Origin: an uncultured candidate division Zixibacteria bacterium | Lineage (GTDB): Bacteria; Zixibacteria; MSB-5A5; UBA10806 | Length of the DNA stretch: 64,000 nt | Direction of reading: 5' to 3' | Assembly: GCA_963817915.1 (NCBI GenBank) | Contig: CAWFQL010000012.1 | Coordinates: 480,001-544,000 of the forward strand | Shown: positions 63,656 through 64,000 of the stretch, one piece after another | Layout: each line of letters opens with the position of its first letter | Numbering within the stretch: the stretch's first letter is position 1 | The notes under the pieces: model-generated | Told to the model about the DNA's origin: nothing | Seen by the model: the letters and a program-made list of their open reading frames with translations, nothing else | The model's database searches: none | Position numbers and translations under genes: made by a program

Positions 63656-63747
63656 AATTTTATAAGAATTTTCGGCTGATAATTTTGCTTGACCGAAAGC
63701 ATCAAACGAAGGAAAATATCGCAACAAATAAAAAAAAGGGGTTGGGA

Positions 63748-64000
63748 ATGAAATTTATCTCATCGATTCGAAAAGGGGAATATGTCGACGCCGGTCTTTT
63801 GATTCTGAGATTAGGTCTGGGCGCAATGTTTCTATATCACGGTCTGCCGAAGATTTTTGGCGGCCCGACAATGTGGTCGCAGATCGGCATGGCAATGGGT
63901 AATTACGGCGTCACTTTTGCGCCGTTATTCTGGGGCTTGATGGCCGCGCTGGCCGAGGGGTTGGGCGGCCTGTTGCTTTTGCTCGGGCTATTTTCTCGAG
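63748..64000 (+). CDS. DoxX-family membrane protein, 3' truncated by window edge
   Basis: Manual translation: GLLILRLGLGAMFLYHGLPKIFGGP..WGLMAALAEGLGGLLLLLGLFSR. Confidence 0.88.
   Translation, partial: MKFISSIRKGEYVDAGLLILRLGLGAMFLYHGLPKIFGGPTMWSQIGMAMGNYGVTFAPLFWGLMAALAEGLGGLLLLLGLFSR

Noticed and set aside
1..64000. CRISPR arrays, IS elements, rRNA/tRNA genes and the many short antisense ORFs in the track
   Set aside because: No repeat-spacer pattern, transposase or RNA gene seen; short ORFs overlap well-supported genes and show no motifs

Overview
Bacterial window with about 45 genes. The abundance of Cys-rich dockerin-tagged secreted proteins suggests a Zixibacteria/FCB-like organism (inference only). 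Single-base frameshifts are scattered through otherwise intact genes and look like uncorrected long-read errors. In order: (1) CusCBA-type metal efflux system; (2) secreted transglutaminase-domain protein; (3) xdhC plus a ~18 kb minus-strand purine/pyrimidine catabolic operon (ygeW, mocA, two Xdh-type trimers, preTA-like, ade, ssnA, two fold-II PLP enzymes, ygeY); (4) two paralogous PAS-LuxR regulators flanking a large beta-helix/dockerin protein and an ~880 bp non-coding gap; (5) lpoB/COG3014 lipoproteins and dCMP deaminase; (6) gdhA followed by two substrate-domain-less dikinase proteins, one fused to a nucleotidyltransferase, facing a metallophosphoesterase; (7) small enzymes; (8) an array of secreted proteins. 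Three candidates for undescribed biology stand out. (a) A two-gene cassette present three times: a secreted S74-chaperone trimeric fibre without an anchor, followed by a small dockerin-bearing partner that may be its adaptor. (b) A 20-bp palindrome TGCGTAT-N6-ATACGCA found three times, each exactly 22 bp upstream of a TTGAC(A/T) -35 box, apparently driving the large secreted protein and two unannotated small transcripts. (c) The gdhA-dikinase-nucleotidyltransferase-phosphoesterase locus, a possible covalent-modification switch.
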